Numbered from the stretch's first letter, positions 1 through 12,432 are shown. The stretch is DNA of 44,676 bases from Chiloscyllium plagiosum (GCF_004010195.1 NC_057719.1:13129302-13173977), one strand, 5' to 3'. A program made the numbers and translations. The notes: a model not told the origin generated them from the letters alone.

Positions 1-135
1 TCCTCTAGCTTATCTCTCCACGCTTCAGGCTCTCTGCTTTTATTTCTGATGAAGGGCTTTTGCCCGAAACGTTGATTTCGCTGCTCCTTGGATGCTGCCT
101 GAACTGCTGTGCTCTTCCAGCACCACTGATCCAAA
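1..135 (+). mobile_element. Penelope-like element terminal repeat (pLTR), cut by window edge
   Basis: Near-identical to 39349-39480 and to the reverse complement of 38491-38620; contains CTGATGA-AGGGC-TTTT-GCCC-GAAAC-GTT at 46-73. Confidence 0.8.
46..73 (+). ncRNA. Minimal hammerhead ribozyme core in PLE repeat
   Basis: CUGAUGA, GGGC/GCCC helix II, GAAAC, GUU; helix I is weak. Confidence 0.55.
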
Positions 136-289
136 ACCCATGTGCATAGAGTCTACCTGTCCCCAAGGCTGTGAAGGATGGATCTGCCATGTTGACATGA
201 AATATTCCGAGTTGTTAGATGATATCCTATCACCTGTCCCTTGTTGTTTGAATAGAAAAACATCTTCGAGTGCAAGTCCCTTAGACAGT

Positions 290-1170
290 GGTCAACACGC
301 CATGTCTTCAAGGCTCTGCAGAGTAAGAAGATGGTTGATCCTGTTGCATGATTCCCAGAGCAGAATCTCACAACATTCAGGTAAGAAGATGGTTGATCCT
401 GTTGCATGATTCCCAGAGCAGAATCTCAACAACATTCAGCATAATGCCTTATCGCCAGAACATTACAATAAGCATCAGGATAATAGCTTGTCTGGAGGTG
501 AGGAGGAGTCATTTCCCATTAGATTGCCCATCCGCCCCTGGACTCTCTGTGTAACCCTGCACTGACCTCAAGGGGCCTGTGGAGATGAAGAGACAGTCAC
601 ACATCTCCTTCTGGAATGTACTTTTGCAAGGAAGGAGCGAGATGCATTGGCGTTTGTTGAGGTTCACCCTAAGCTACTTTGTAATGCAGGATACTGTGTT
701 CTACAGGCAGTTCCTGGGATGGCACACCAAAACTAACATTGACTGTGCCTGAAGGACCATCAACTTGGTGAAAGATGCTTTTTGGTCAACCTGAGGCTTG
801 ATGCTCTTCCTATGTAAAGAGTTAACCACAACTGAGTATTTCAGACTTGCACATTCCAAGGTCTAGGACCACATGTTGAGGGATGCACACAAGCTTGGAC
901 AACCAATGCTAAGACACAGTGGGGAAAGGCCACTATCAAAGACCTTTCTGCCACAATGTACTGAGGGAGTGTACTACTTTTGTAGTTTGTACTGGAATGG
1001 ACATAGTTTCTGGTCATAATTAGTAAATGTTCAACTTTCGCATTTGATTTGAGGCACTTAAGAGTGCAATTTTTAAATGAGAAATGTGATATTTTTATTG
1101 TATTTTCTATAATGTATGACCTTAATCATGCTGTAATATGCTTATCAATAATTTATGAAATAAGCGTATA
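290..1170 (+). mobile_element. Decayed Tx1/L1-clade LINE 3' portion
   Basis: 578-634 translates CGDEETVTHLLLECTFARK (C-terminal zinc-knuckle region of L1/Tx1 ORF2); upstream NALSPEHYNKHQD-like segment; TTTTATGAAATAAG-type 3' end near 1152-1166; multiple frameshifts. Confidence 0.7.
323..439 (+). repeat. 58-bp tandem duplication
   Basis: GTAAGAAGATGGTTGATCC...CAACATTCAG at 323-380 and 381-439 (one extra A in the second copy). Confidence 0.95.
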
Positions 1171-1304
1171 ATTGTAACATACAAACCAGGTCTCTAGTTT
1201 TTTCACTTTGATTAGCCTCTGTCTCAGACTAACCCCAAATAGTTCCCTGGTAATGCTATGCCTCAGCAGAAAGTCTGTAGAAATCACAGAGGGAAGTCTT
1301 TTGT

Positions 1305-1629
1305 TTAGATTAGATTGGATTACTTACAGTGTGGAAACAGGCCCTTCGGCCCAACAAGTCCACACTGACCCTCCGAAGAGCAACCCACCCAGACCCATTC
1401 CCCTACATTTACCCCTTCACCTAAGGCTACACGCAATTTAGCATGGCCAATTCACCTAACCTGCACATCTTTGGACTGTGGGAGAAAACCGGAGCACCCG
1501 GAGGAAACCCATGCAGACACGGGGAGACCAAGTTGATGATCCTTCAGGCACAGTCAAACTCCACACAGATAGTTGCCCGAGGCGAGGCTGTGAGGCAGCA
1601 GTGCTAACCACTGTGTCACTGTGCCGCCC
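1305..1629 (-). mobile_element. HE1-like tRNA-derived SINE
   Basis: Reverse strand begins GGGCGGCACAGTGACACAGTGGTTAGCACTGCTGCCTCACAG, has the TGTGGAGTTTG core and CR1-like tail GAAGGGCCTGTTTCCACACTGT; closely similar to 13915-14233. Confidence 0.9.
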
Positions 1630-2569
1630 AAAATATTTTGAATACATTCAGTTGATGGTTCCCTTTAAGCACCTTATGAGTATTTGCCAAAGTTCTAGTG
1701 AACACAGGAACTGGATTAGACCATTCAATCCTTCCAGCCTGTTCAATGAAATCATGGCTGACCTATGACTTAACTTTATATACCTGCCTGCGGCCATTAT
1801 AAACACAGCAACACTGGGACTCATGATGACTACTCCTGGCTTCACACATAGCCAGGTACCAAGAAACATAACTGGATGAGGAACTCCCATGTCTGAGATT
1901 CAGAACGTAATGATAAAGCTTTACATCTCTTTGGAAAATGCTGTGGGAGACAAAGCAATAACAGAGCAAAGGAGAGCTCAGTTCATCTCAATTCTACATA
2001 GAATTTTGAAGTAGTCTTTAAAGAGTCATATAGTTGTTTAAAGGTAATTTTAATATCTTGCGGCATTAACTTGAATAAAAAACAACCTGGCCAGAAGAGG
2101 AACTGTATAACTCATCTCATGGTCCCCTCCTTCATTATGGCATCTTACATGGTCCAGTCCTCAGTCACTCACTTGGGACAAATACTTTGTGAGTCAGAAG
2201 GTTTCTCAATGGTAAAGTGTTGAGCATAAATGTCTCTGATTGGAAAGAAGTGAGTAGGCCATTCCTTTCTGGTTGGCGGAGAAATGGCTGCACTCGACTT
2301 TGGAGTCAGATTTCAGTTGCTCAATTTGCCTGGGAGCAGTGATGAGTTAAGGTTGGTTTTACATGAAGGAGGCAAATGTTAATTCCATGTGTACAATTGG
2401 GATGATGGGGATGTGATAGGAGTTACTCCAGACAAGCAGAACTTGAGGAAAGTTGACAGTTCTGGCAATATCTGTGGCCAGGAAGGACAAAGGACAAAGC
2501 AGCACCCATCATCTCAATCAACAGTCAGTCTTAAGAGTGTACAATACTTTCATAAGGCTTTTAAGAACT

Positions 2570-2790
2570 AGTTGGAATCTTGGGTCCCAAACCATTGTAG
2601 AATTCAAGGAATGGTAACAAATGTCTTTAAGAAGAAAAAAAGGTTAAAATTAGGAAATTACAGTCCCAAGAATTTAAATTCAGTGATAGTCAAATTAGAA
2701 GGTATTATTAGAGATGTAATAGATGCAGATAGCCTGAAAAATCATGAAGCTGGATTCTCTAAAGCACTGGCATCAGCTGTTTAGAAAAGT
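2570..2790 (+). mobile_element. Highly decayed CR1 RT fragment
   Basis: ORF 2572-2784 FKKKKRLKLGNYSPKNLNSVIVKLEGIIRD resembles CR1 FKKG..GNYRPVSLTSVVGKLLE.IIRD. Confidence 0.6.
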
Positions 2791-3917
2791 GAAGTAAAAT
2801 TAGGTTCAACCAGGAAAATGGAGTATTCAGTTTGGAGTTAAACTTGTAGGTCACATCATGTTGAGAAAATCCTTTCTTTGTGTCTTGCTCCCTCCCCATG
2901 AGGCCTCCTTCTGATAACAACACCCTTCCCCTCAGAGAGGCTCCGTTCTCAACAAGATTTCTGAAAAAAACAATCTGGGTGTGTCAACGTGATTAAATTC
3001 TTTTTGTGAGGTTGTAAAATTGATGACCTACAAAAGCCCAGTTAAGATTATGTGTTCGAACTTCCTAACACACCTTTTATGTTGTATTTGCCAGAAGTCA
3101 AATTGGGCTGCTTCAGACCTGAGAGGTGTTCTCTTCGCTGAGTTGTCAGAGGTTCATGATCCAGATTGAGATGTTGGCGGTGAAAGCTTTAGGGTTTATT
3201 AATAGGATAATTAATTGCAAACCTAGAAACACGATTCTTACCTACACCAGGATTACTGTGTTCATCTTTTGTCCTATCACAAAGCGAAAGATCAAAGGAG
3301 CACCATGTGGTTGATGTTGAGTTTGTGGATGCATCATTGGCAGAGAGACTCAGAGGTCTCTTCGAATTGGAAATGAATGGCTTTGAGGAGGGTTCGGCTC
3401 CTACTTCTGATTTTCGCACTTTAACCTTTGACACAACCACAATCAATTCCTTCCTTATATGTTGACATGTGCCTATTCATTCAAGTCTTGTAACTTAGAG
3501 AGTGATAGAATCATATAGTCATACGACACAGAAATAGACCCTTCGGCCTTACTTTAAGTTTGGGACTGGCACCATCAGAGGGAGCATTGGTGTGTTGGAA
3601 ACAATTGTCTTCGGGGGTACGTCCCTCTTGAGTTTCTCCAGTTTAACCCCGTCCATCTTCTCTGCTTTTTGCTGATCAAACAGAAAAAAACCCAACCACC
3701 AGGAAAAATTGCATGAAATGTCGAACCTAACAGCATGAATGGACTCCTTCCCACCACCAACTTGTAGTTAAATAACACTTCCATATAGTGAAGTAAAACT
3801 TCCCAAGGCAATTCACCAAAAACTTCCCGAGGGAAGTCTCCAACAAAACTAAACTCATGGAGTCATACTATCAGCGTGCCAATATACACTCTTCATCAAG
3901 GACCAGAGAATGATCCA

Positions 3918-4238
3918 TATATAGTGTCATACAGTCAAACAGTATAGAAACAGACCCTTCGGTCCAACTCATTCACACCAACCAGGATCCCAATCTGACC
4001 TAATCTTATTTGCCAGCATTTGGTCCACATCCCGTTAAATCCTTCCTATTCATCTACCCGTCCAGATGACTTTTAAATGTTGTAATTGTACCAGCCCCCA
4101 CCACTTCCTTTGGCAACTCTCTCTATACATGCACCACCCTCAAACGTTGCCCCTCACGTCCCTTTTATATCTTTCCCCTCTCATCTCAAACCTATACCCT
4201 CTAGTTTTGGACTCCCCTACCCTGGGGAAAAAAAGACA
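3918..4238 (-). mobile_element. CR1/HER1-type LINE 3' end
   Basis: Reverse complement matches the 3' region of 6560-6885 and 40310-40614 (GGGGAGTCCAAAACTAGAGGG...GGACCGAAGGGTCTGTTTC). Confidence 0.85.
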
Positions 4239-4994
4239 CTTAAGGAGATATTAGTGACCAAAGGTTTAATCGAAGGGAGTTTTAAACTCAGGCATTGTCA
4301 GATCAGAAGCCATTGTAGGTCAGCAAGCACAGGGAGAGGAGTGGATGTGTGCTACACTGCATGCGCCTGTACTGCTCCTCAATTCATACTGTTGTATAAG
4401 AACCTTAAATTGAAGAGAAATTTACCAGGTCCAGATTTTGATTTTGCCGCATGAGCTCAGAATGGGCAGTAATGTGACGTGTAAAATCGACAGAGAACAT
4501 TTCAGTTGAGTTGGAGTTGTGACAGTAAAAGCACTGCCCCATCTTGTTCTTTTTAAGTTGCAAAAACACCCAGATGGTTTCAGGAAGACTAATCCGCCTC
4601 TAATTCTTCAGCATTACATATCTTGCTGTAATTTATTTCAGTTTTACATCTGACCAATCAACCTGTCTTCGCTCAATCCCTGCCCGAGATAAAACCGTCC
4701 TTTACAATTCCTTGAGTGAAACTATAACAGGCACATTAACAAAGCACTCTCCTCACTCTACTGTGATTACACTGAAATTGCTGCTCTGATACCCTGTCTC
4801 TTGCTGTTAAGCAGAGATCATAGTTTATTTTTAAGGCAAATGTTCGCCGTTACTTATGTCAGAAATTTCAGCCGCAGTGATGCAGAAAATCTACTGGTCA
4901 TACTGCTTCATTGTCACAAATAATTCTTATCGAACGTCAATGCAAAATTTCTGTGCACTTGCTCGACAGACATGTATCCATGCAGATGAATGGG

Positions 4995-5185
4995 TTTTTT
5001 GGCTGTGTCTGTATTGTTGTCGGTGTATGTGTGCTTTTGCTCCTGTGTGTCTCTGTGTTGTCTGTATGTGTTTTGGTCTCTGCACTTTTGTCTGTTTGTA
5101 GATATGTGTGTGCATATTTTGATTATGTCTGTGCATTTATGTCTGGGTCTGTGTGCTTACGTCTGTGCCTGTGTGTCAGTGTGTT
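4995..5185. repeat. Degenerate (TG)n-rich low-complexity tract
   Basis: Runs of TGTG/TCTG; explains the Cys/Val-rich spurious ORFs at 4856-5277. Confidence 0.85.
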
Positions 5186-6164
5186 ATTTTCTCCATTCAT
5201 TTGTTGAAGGTCCAAGTACAACCTTCCTGCATCATTACCAATTGCGGCCCTTAAGTGTTCCATTACTGACCACTTAAGAATCTATTCCTGCCTGGGCTGC
5301 AATAACCTCAGCTCCAGGCTTGACAAAAGGAAGAGTTAAGCAGCCTGGTAAACTGCTGTGTGCAGTTTGGCAGCATTGGATAAGGAGGGCAAGGTCTGTA
5401 CTAACTGAAAGACTGGGCATATGGCATGGGTGTGGCTGCCGAAAGCCAACTTTACTTCTGTCCCCCTCCTTGACCACCTTCCCCCAACGCCAGGAACCAA
5501 CCTCTGCCCCGACAGAAGAAACTTACCTGAGACCTTGGCCCTCAGGATGTTTGGCGTGCTCCTGACAGCAGCCACGACCTTGAGTTTCTGAGCAACAATT
5601 AGCAAGGCCCAAGCAGAGGGCCCCAGTAAGATCCCAATCTATATGCATTCTCATTCTCCTCTCTCAAAGCATTCTGATTTATGATTTATCCATCAAAAAA
5701 GAGACATGAAATGCAGCCTTTTCCAGATACCCTGTCCCATGAATTTTAAACAGTAAAGCCATGTACAGAAATGAATTAGTAATAAGGGCAAGTAATGAAT
5801 AAGTAATAAAGTTTTGACAGCATTATGGCTGGCCCCAATGACAGTTGTTGGGACTCTTAACCTTAGGCACTAATAATTTCTGTTTGCTTTTTAAATAATG
5901 CTCAAGTGCCAGTCTGCTGACCTTTGGAGTCATCTTTTGAGTCAGGCCCTACTCTCAGCCTTGGACAACAAAAAAATGTCTGAGTGACTGACCTTCCAAT
6001 GGTGTAAGGAAGTGTTGCAGGTATAGTTAAGGTCCATGCTCTGATCTGCCTGGTGCTCTCTGAGGAAGATGTAGGCATCTTTTTGATATCCTTTCCTCAC
6101 CAGTGGAAAACAGGTGGCCCGCTTGCATGTTCATTGGATAACTCATCCAAAGATCCAGACAATA

Positions 6165-7043
6165 TCTTGGAGACCTGGGTTCAAATCCTTCTGCTGCTGA
6201 TGGTGGAATTTGAATTCAATTTTTAAAAAATCCTGACTTAAGAAAACCGTGAAAATATTGTCAGGAAATGCCCATTTGGATCACTAGAGGTTGGCAAGTC
6301 ATGTTGTGACTGTACAGAACATTGGTTAGGCCACTTTTGCAATATTGTGCACAAATCTGGTCTCCATCCTATCGGAAAGATGTTATGAAACTTGAAAGGG
6401 TTCAGAAAGGATTTGCAAGGATGTTGCCAGGGTTGGAGGATTTGAAATACAGGGGGAGAGGCTGAATAGGCTGGGGCTGTTTTCCCTAGAGTGTAGGAGG
6501 CTGAGAGGTGACTTTACAGAGGTTTATAAAATCATGGGGGATATGGATAGGATAAATAGACAAGGTATTTTCTCTGGGGTGGGAGAGTCCAGAACTAGAG
6601 AGCATAGGTTTAGGGTGAGAGGGGAAAGATATAAAAGGGACCTAAGGGACAACTTTCTCAAGCAGGAGGTGGTGCATGTATGGAATGAGCTGCCAGAGGA
6701 TGTGGTGGAGACTGGTACAATTACAACATTTAAAAGATATCTGGATGGGTATATGAATAGGAGGGGTTTAGAGGATATGGGCCAAGTGCTGGTAAATGGG
6801 ACTAGATTAGGTTAGGATAGCTAGTCAGCGTGGACAAGTTGGACTGAAGGGCCTGTTTCCATGCTGTGCACCTCTATGTCTCTATAATGTCCTTTAGGGA
6901 AGGAAACTACCATCCTTACTCAGTTTGGCTGACATGTGATGCTGGACACATAACAATGTGATTGACTCTTAACAGCAGTTAGAAAGGTATAATAAATGGT
7001 AGCCCATCTAGTAACACCCACATCCTGTGAATGAATTTTTAAA
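6165..7043 (+). mobile_element. Second tRNA-derived SINE family (central domain recalls MetaSINE), split by a CR1 insertion
   Basis: B-box-like GGGTTCAAATCC at ~6177; ...GGATCACTA (6286) resumes as ATGTCCTTTAGGGAAGGAAA (6887); tail AATAAATGG...CACATCCTGTGAATGAAT. Confidence 0.7.
6287..6886 (+). mobile_element. CR1/HER1-type LINE, 5'-truncated
   Basis: ORF 6534-6815 SRTREHRFRVRGERYKRDLRDNFLKQEVVHVWNELP is the typical CR1 C-terminus; tail GAAGGGCCTGTTTCCATGCTGT...CTCTATG. Confidence 0.9.
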
Positions 7044-7289
7044 AAGCGCAACCCACCCATACCCCTACATTTACCCCTTACCTAACACTACGGGCAATTT
7101 AGCATGGCCAATTCACCTGACCTGCACATCTTTGGATTGTGGGAGGAAACCAGAGCACCCGGAGGAAACCCACGCAGACACGGGGAGAACGTGCAAACTC
7201 CACACAGTCAGTCGCCTGAGGCGGGAATTGAACCCGGGTCTCTGGCGCTGTGAGGCAGCAGTGCTAACCACTGTGCCACCGTGCCGCCC
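7044..7289 (-). mobile_element. HE1-like SINE lacking its 3' tail
   Basis: High identity to 13981-14233; intact A/B-box-like head on the minus strand. Confidence 0.9.
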
Positions 7290-7294
7290 ACTAA

Positions 7295-8800
7295 GCTGCT
7301 CCACCATTTAACTGGTTAAAGGCTGATCCGACATCCCTCACATCCTGTCCTTTCCCCGAAACCCTTGATTCCCTGACTGATCAAGAATTAATCAAGCTCA
7401 GACTCAGCCCTCACAGCTCTATATAGCAAGACTCACAACTCTCTGAGAGAAGAAATTCCTCCTCATCTCAGTCTTAAATTGGCGTCTCTTTATTCTGAGA
7501 CTATGCATTTTGGTCCTTGTCTTTCCCATCAGGGAAATATCCTCTCAGCATTTACCCTGTCAAGCCCTAATCCTCAATGTTTCAATGAGATCACCTCTCT
7601 TTCTTCTAAACTCAAGTGAATAGAGTTCCAATAGGTTTAAAGTTTGCTCATAAGACCATCCTCCGATAGCAGGAATCACCCTAGCCAACCTTCTCTGAAA
7701 TGATATCTTGCCTTAAATAAGGGGACCAAAGATGCCCACAGTACTCCAGATGTGCTCTCACCAGCACCTTTTGCAGTTGCAGTGAGACCTCCCTACTCTA
7801 TACTCCAACTCTCTCGAAATAAAGACCAATATTCCACTAGCCTTCCTGATTATCTGCTGCACCTGTGTGCTCGCTTTCTGTGTTTCATGCACATTTGTCC
7901 CCAAGTCCCTTTTGTTTTGCACTTTCTGCAGCGTTTCTCCATTTAAACAAGATTCTGTTCTTTTGTTCCGCTTTCCAAAATGAACAACTTCACAATTTCC
8001 CACATTATAGTTTACTTGCTAATTTTTTGCATACTTACTTAACCTATCAATGTGTCTCTGTTAACTGTATTCCTCTCACAACATGTCATTCCAACTATTT
8101 TTTGCAAATCTGGCTACAGCACATTCACTTCATTCCTCCAAGTCATTGCTATGTGTTGGAGAGAATTGTGATCCCAGCACTGATCCCTGTGGCACTCCAC
8201 TGATCACCAACCCCTTATCCCCACTCGCTGTTTCCTACCCACTAGCCAATGCGAGTCCATGCTGATATATTACCTGCAACACTGTGGGCTCTTGTAACTT
8301 CACCTTTTGAACGCCTTCTGGGAGTCCAAACACAACACCTCTACTGGTGCCTTCCTAGAAAACTAGAAAATTAGTCAAAGGTTAGTTCCCTTCCATGAAG
8401 CCATGCTGACTCTGCTTGAATAGATTATGATTTTTCAAATTTGATTACTTCCCTAATAATTCATTCCAGTACTTTCCCAGTTACAGATGTTAGGCTAATT
8501 GTCCTGTAGGTACATGCCCCCTCCTCCTTGTGACTAGGGGTGTCACATTGGCAGTTTTCCAATCCTCTGGTACTTCTCCACAATTCAACGTTTTTTGGAA
8601 AATTACAATGCCTCCACTATCTCTGCAACTGCCTCTTTCAGAATCCTAAGATCCAAGCCATCAGGGTCAGAGGGCCAGGGGCATTATCTGCCTTTAGCCC
8701 CATTAATTTGTCTAACACTACTTCTTTGGTGTTGGTGATGGTTCTTTATTCCTCCCCCGTATTCTTCAGCATTTATGGGATGTTCAAAGTATTTTCCAAG
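7295..8800 (-). mobile_element. Decayed CR1 LINE (RT to 3' UTR)
   Basis: ORF 7758-8003 GNCEVVHFGKRNK...RDLG is CR1 RT C-terminal; PQGSVLG-type codons at ~8172-8195; similar to 27770-28600. Confidence 0.85.
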
Positions 8801-9016
8801 GTAAAGCCTGAACAAAATTTCTGTTTAACTCCTCTGTCTTTGCCTTGTTCTATTCCTTCAGCATTATCACTAACCCTCAATCCTACCTTCTCCTCTAGCG
8901 TTGGTTTTATAATTTTCTATGCAACTGAAACCACCTCCCATTATTTAATTTAAAGCCCTAACTATGGCCCTAGGTACTTGATACACCAGGTCTCTTGTCC
9001 TAGCATGATTCAGGGT

Positions 9017-10050
9017 CTAGATTAGAGTAGTGCCGGAAAAGCACAGCAGTTCAGGCAGCATTCAAGGAGCAGGAAAATCGACGTTTCGGGCCAAAGCCCT
9101 TCATCAGAAATGGAGGCAGGGAGCCTCCAGGGTGAAGAGATAAATGNNNNNNNNNNNNNNNNNNNNNNNNNNNNNNNNNNNNNNNNNNNNNNNNNNNNNN
9201 NNNNNNNNNNNNNNNNNNNNNNNNNNNNNNNNNNNNNNNNNNNNNNNNNNNNNNNNNNNNNNNNNNNNNNNNNNNNNNNNNNNNNNNNNNNNNNNNNNNN
9301 NNNNNNNNNNNNNNNNNNNNNNNNNNNNNNNNNNNNNNNNNNNNNNNNNNNNNNNNNNNNNNNNNNNNNNNNNNNNNNNNNNNNNNNNNNNNNNNNNNNN
9401 NNNNNNNNNNNNNNNNNNNNNNNNNNNNNNNNNNNNNNNNNNNNNNNNNNNNNNNNNNNNNNNNNNNNNNNNNNNNNNNNNNNNNNNNNNNNNNNNNNNN
9501 NNNNNNNNNNNNNNNNNNNNNNNNNNNNNNNNNNNNNNNNNNNNNNNNNNNNNNNNNNNNNNNNNNNNNNNNNNNNNNNNNNNNNNNNNNNNNNNNNNNN
9601 NNNNNNNNNNNNNNNNNNNNNNNNNNNNNNNNNNNNNNNNNNNNNNNNNNNNNNNNNNNNNNNNNNNNNNNNNNNNNNNNNNNNNNNNNNNNNNNNNNNN
9701 NNNNNNNNNNNNNNNNNNNNNNNNNNNNNNNNNNNNNNNNNNNNNNNNNNNNNNTGGGGGCTGAGGGCGGAGGTGCGGAATGTGGATGAGATGCGTTGGA
9801 GGGCATCATCAACCACGTGGGAAGGGAAATTGTGGTCTCTAGAGAAGGAGGCCATCTGGTGTGTTCTATGGTGGAACTGGTCATTCTGAGAGCAGATACA
9901 GTGGAGGCGGAGGAATTGGGAATATGGGCTAGCATTTTTGCAGGAGATAGGGTGGGAAGAGGTGTAATCCAGGTACTGTGGGAGTCAGTGTCAAGTCAGT
10001 CGCCATTAATGGAGATGGAGAGGTCCAGGAAGGGGAGGGAGATGTCAGAG
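9017..10050 (-). mobile_element. Penelope-like element, partly in N gap (9147-9754)
   Basis: Minus strand 9760-9930 reads PYSQFLRLHCICSQNDQFHHRTHQMASFSRDHNFPSHVVDDALQRISS (PLE thumb/linker region); pLTR with hammerhead core at 9080-9107. Confidence 0.85.
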
Positions 10051-10956
10051 AACAGTTCCCTTCTCCCCCAGTACAGGTGCCAATGTCCCATGAATTCGAA
10101 CCCATTTCTCCCTTCAACAATCTTTGAGCCATTGGGTCTGAGAGATGTGACAAGGTGCTGGAGGAATGCAGAACCTTTTATCGTGACTAAGTGGATTAAC
10201 TCACTTCAGATCTCTCTGAGTTTAGTAACCGTTATATGTAGCGTGCGCTGGTGTAAAATTTGGCATGCTATAATTATCAATGTGCCTTTTGGCTTGTGAT
10301 GAGCGGGAGGATAGGTGTGCTGAGGGAGGGTGATATTTGACAGAATTGCACTCCTGACTGTTACTTAGTGTAAATTTAATTGATTATTGTCTGTGTTTGA
10401 GTACTTGACTTGGCAGTGCCTGGATTAATCGAAGCAGAGGAGGCAATTTTAAATGCTCAGAGGTTGGGTGTAGGTGATTATTAAATCATATTCCTTTTGG
10501 TGCCAGTGTCTTTTGGTTATGTGGAGGGTGGGGAGATGAAATTAATTACATATGTATATTCCTGAGCATTGGTTTGAATACAGTCAAAGTGACAACTATT
10601 GGTTGGTGCGTGTCTGTTCCTAAATTGCTGCTTGATACAAGGCAGGATAGAAAACATTGTGCTGAAGTCTGCAAGCTGTCTGCTGATTGTGTGCTATTAC
10701 AAACTTTTGATGCTGTGTGAATGAGAGAAGAGGAGGTTAAAAGTCACGCAGTGTGTGCACTGCAGCAACCCCAAGGTGGTTTGCTGGGAATAGCAAACTC
10801 AGCAGGCAATCACTTATGTCTGGCTAAAGAATAAGCAGTTTCCATGGTAAAGGCACATCTTTTGCAGCGAGTCAAGGCTGCGACATTTGCAAAGTACTGC
10901 AATACATACAGCAGCAGCAGTCTCCTGGCTTTTTAAAGAGAATAGCAGGTCAAATA

Positions 10957-11219
10957 GCGTGGCATGGTGGCTCAGTGATTATCACTGCCACCTCACGGTG
11001 CCAGGGAACTAGGTTCAATCCCACCTTTGGGTGACTGTCTATGTGGAGTTTGCATGAACCCTGTGTGGGTTTCTGCCCACAGTCTAAAGATGTCCCAGGT
11101 AGGTGGATTGAGCATGGGAAATGCAGGTTATAGAGTAAGGATGGGGGTCTGGGTGGGATGCTCTTCAGAGAGACAGTGCAAACTCAACAGGCTGCTTCCG
11201 CATTGTAGGGATTCTATGA
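10957..11219 (+). mobile_element. HE1-like SINE, diverged
   Basis: GGTGGCTCAGTG...GGTTCAATCCC head, TGTGGAGTTTGCA core, TGTAGGGATTCTATG tail. Confidence 0.85.
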
Positions 11220-11998
11220 AATGACAAAGTACAATAATTAAGCCAGCTCCTCAATGAAGGAAGAATGAAAAGAGGATGCCTTGTCATGTGGACATGACCC
11301 AAGACTCATTTGATCACAGTGTGTAATCACAGTTCAAAGTTTCTAATCTGCACTGTAGCTAACAAACGTTACTTATTAAAAGTTTTAAAACTGTTGACTC
11401 AGTTAAACAGCTTTCCTGGAGGAACCAGAGAAATCACCTGGGCTCAGGTTGCTACAGATTCCAATAAAACAAATTTAAATAGGGTTGAGCTGACCGCACA
11501 ATTGTCTTTTTTTTCATATGTCACCATTGGGTCATCACCACTTTAGAGACTCCGGCAACTTTGCTGGGAAAAATGACGGATTAATTGAGGTTAATGTGAA
11601 ATTAAGTTTCACCAGCAAACTAGACAAGTAATATTGTTAGGGCACGAAATCAAAAGGGCTTAGCAGACCAAAGGACAGTTACTAAAGGGATTTACCAAGG
11701 TGTGCTAAATTAAGCAATTAAGCATGGGGGGAAAATACAAATGCAACTGAAAAGGTTTTGTGAGGGAACAGATTGAGAGTTCATGGAGAAAGATCCTCAG
11801 GTGTAAAGAACCAGGGAAAGAGATTAGTGTCAGGAGTCAACAGCATTTTCTGTTTTTGTTTCTGATTTACAACATCTACAGTTTTATCAGTGTTTACCAA
11901 CAGATTGTAAAAGCTTCTATCATTATGTGAAGAGAAAAAGATTAATCAAGACAAGTATAGATTCTTTACAATCTGAAATGGGGGATGTTATCATAGGG

Positions 11999-12054
11999 GA
12001 GAAAGTGAGGTCTGCAGATGCTGGAGATCAAAGTTGAAACTTTATTGCTGGAAC
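11999..12054 (-). mobile_element. 56-bp PLE terminal fragment flanked by a 66-bp direct duplication
   Basis: GAGAAAGTGAGGTCTGCAGATGCTGGAGATC matches PLE termini at 19695, 25607 and 36673; flanks 11933-11998 and 12055-12120 are identical. Confidence 0.85.
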
Positions 12055-12269
12055 AGAAAAAGATTAATCAAGACAAGTATAGATTCTTTACAATCTGAAA
12101 TGGGGGATGTTATCATAGGGAACAAACAGAGGGCTGACCAATTCAATATATATTTTGCTTTTGACTTCACAAACAAAGACACAAGTAACATCCCAAAAAT
12201 GTTGGGGAACACATGGTCTAGTGAGAGTGAGGAACTAAAGGAATTCAGTAGATGTAGGGAATTTTTTAA

Positions 12270-12432
12270 AAAAATGAAAGTACTGTGGATGCCAGAAATC
12301 AGAAACAAAAACAGAAATTGCTGGAAAAACTCAACAGGTCTGGCAGCATCTGTGGAGAGAAATCAAAGATAATGTTTTGGATCTAGTGACCCTCAGAACA
12401 TTTTTAGATATTCTTCAGAAGGTTCTTCTTCA
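12270..12432 (-). mobile_element. PLE terminal-repeat fragment, different subfamily
   Basis: GGATGCCAGAAATCAGAAACAAAAACAGAAATTGCTGGAAAAACTCAACAGGTCTGGCAGCATCTG; related pieces at 11840-11885 (+) and 30113-30300 (-). Confidence 0.6.

Noticed and set aside
4856..5277. Cys-rich or hydrophobic ORFs
   Set aside because: Translation of a degenerate (TG)n tract.
9022..9935. Long ORFs of 200-294 aa (also 38522-39346 and 28933-29406)
   Set aside because: Their length comes from N runs; the real parts are PLE fragments.
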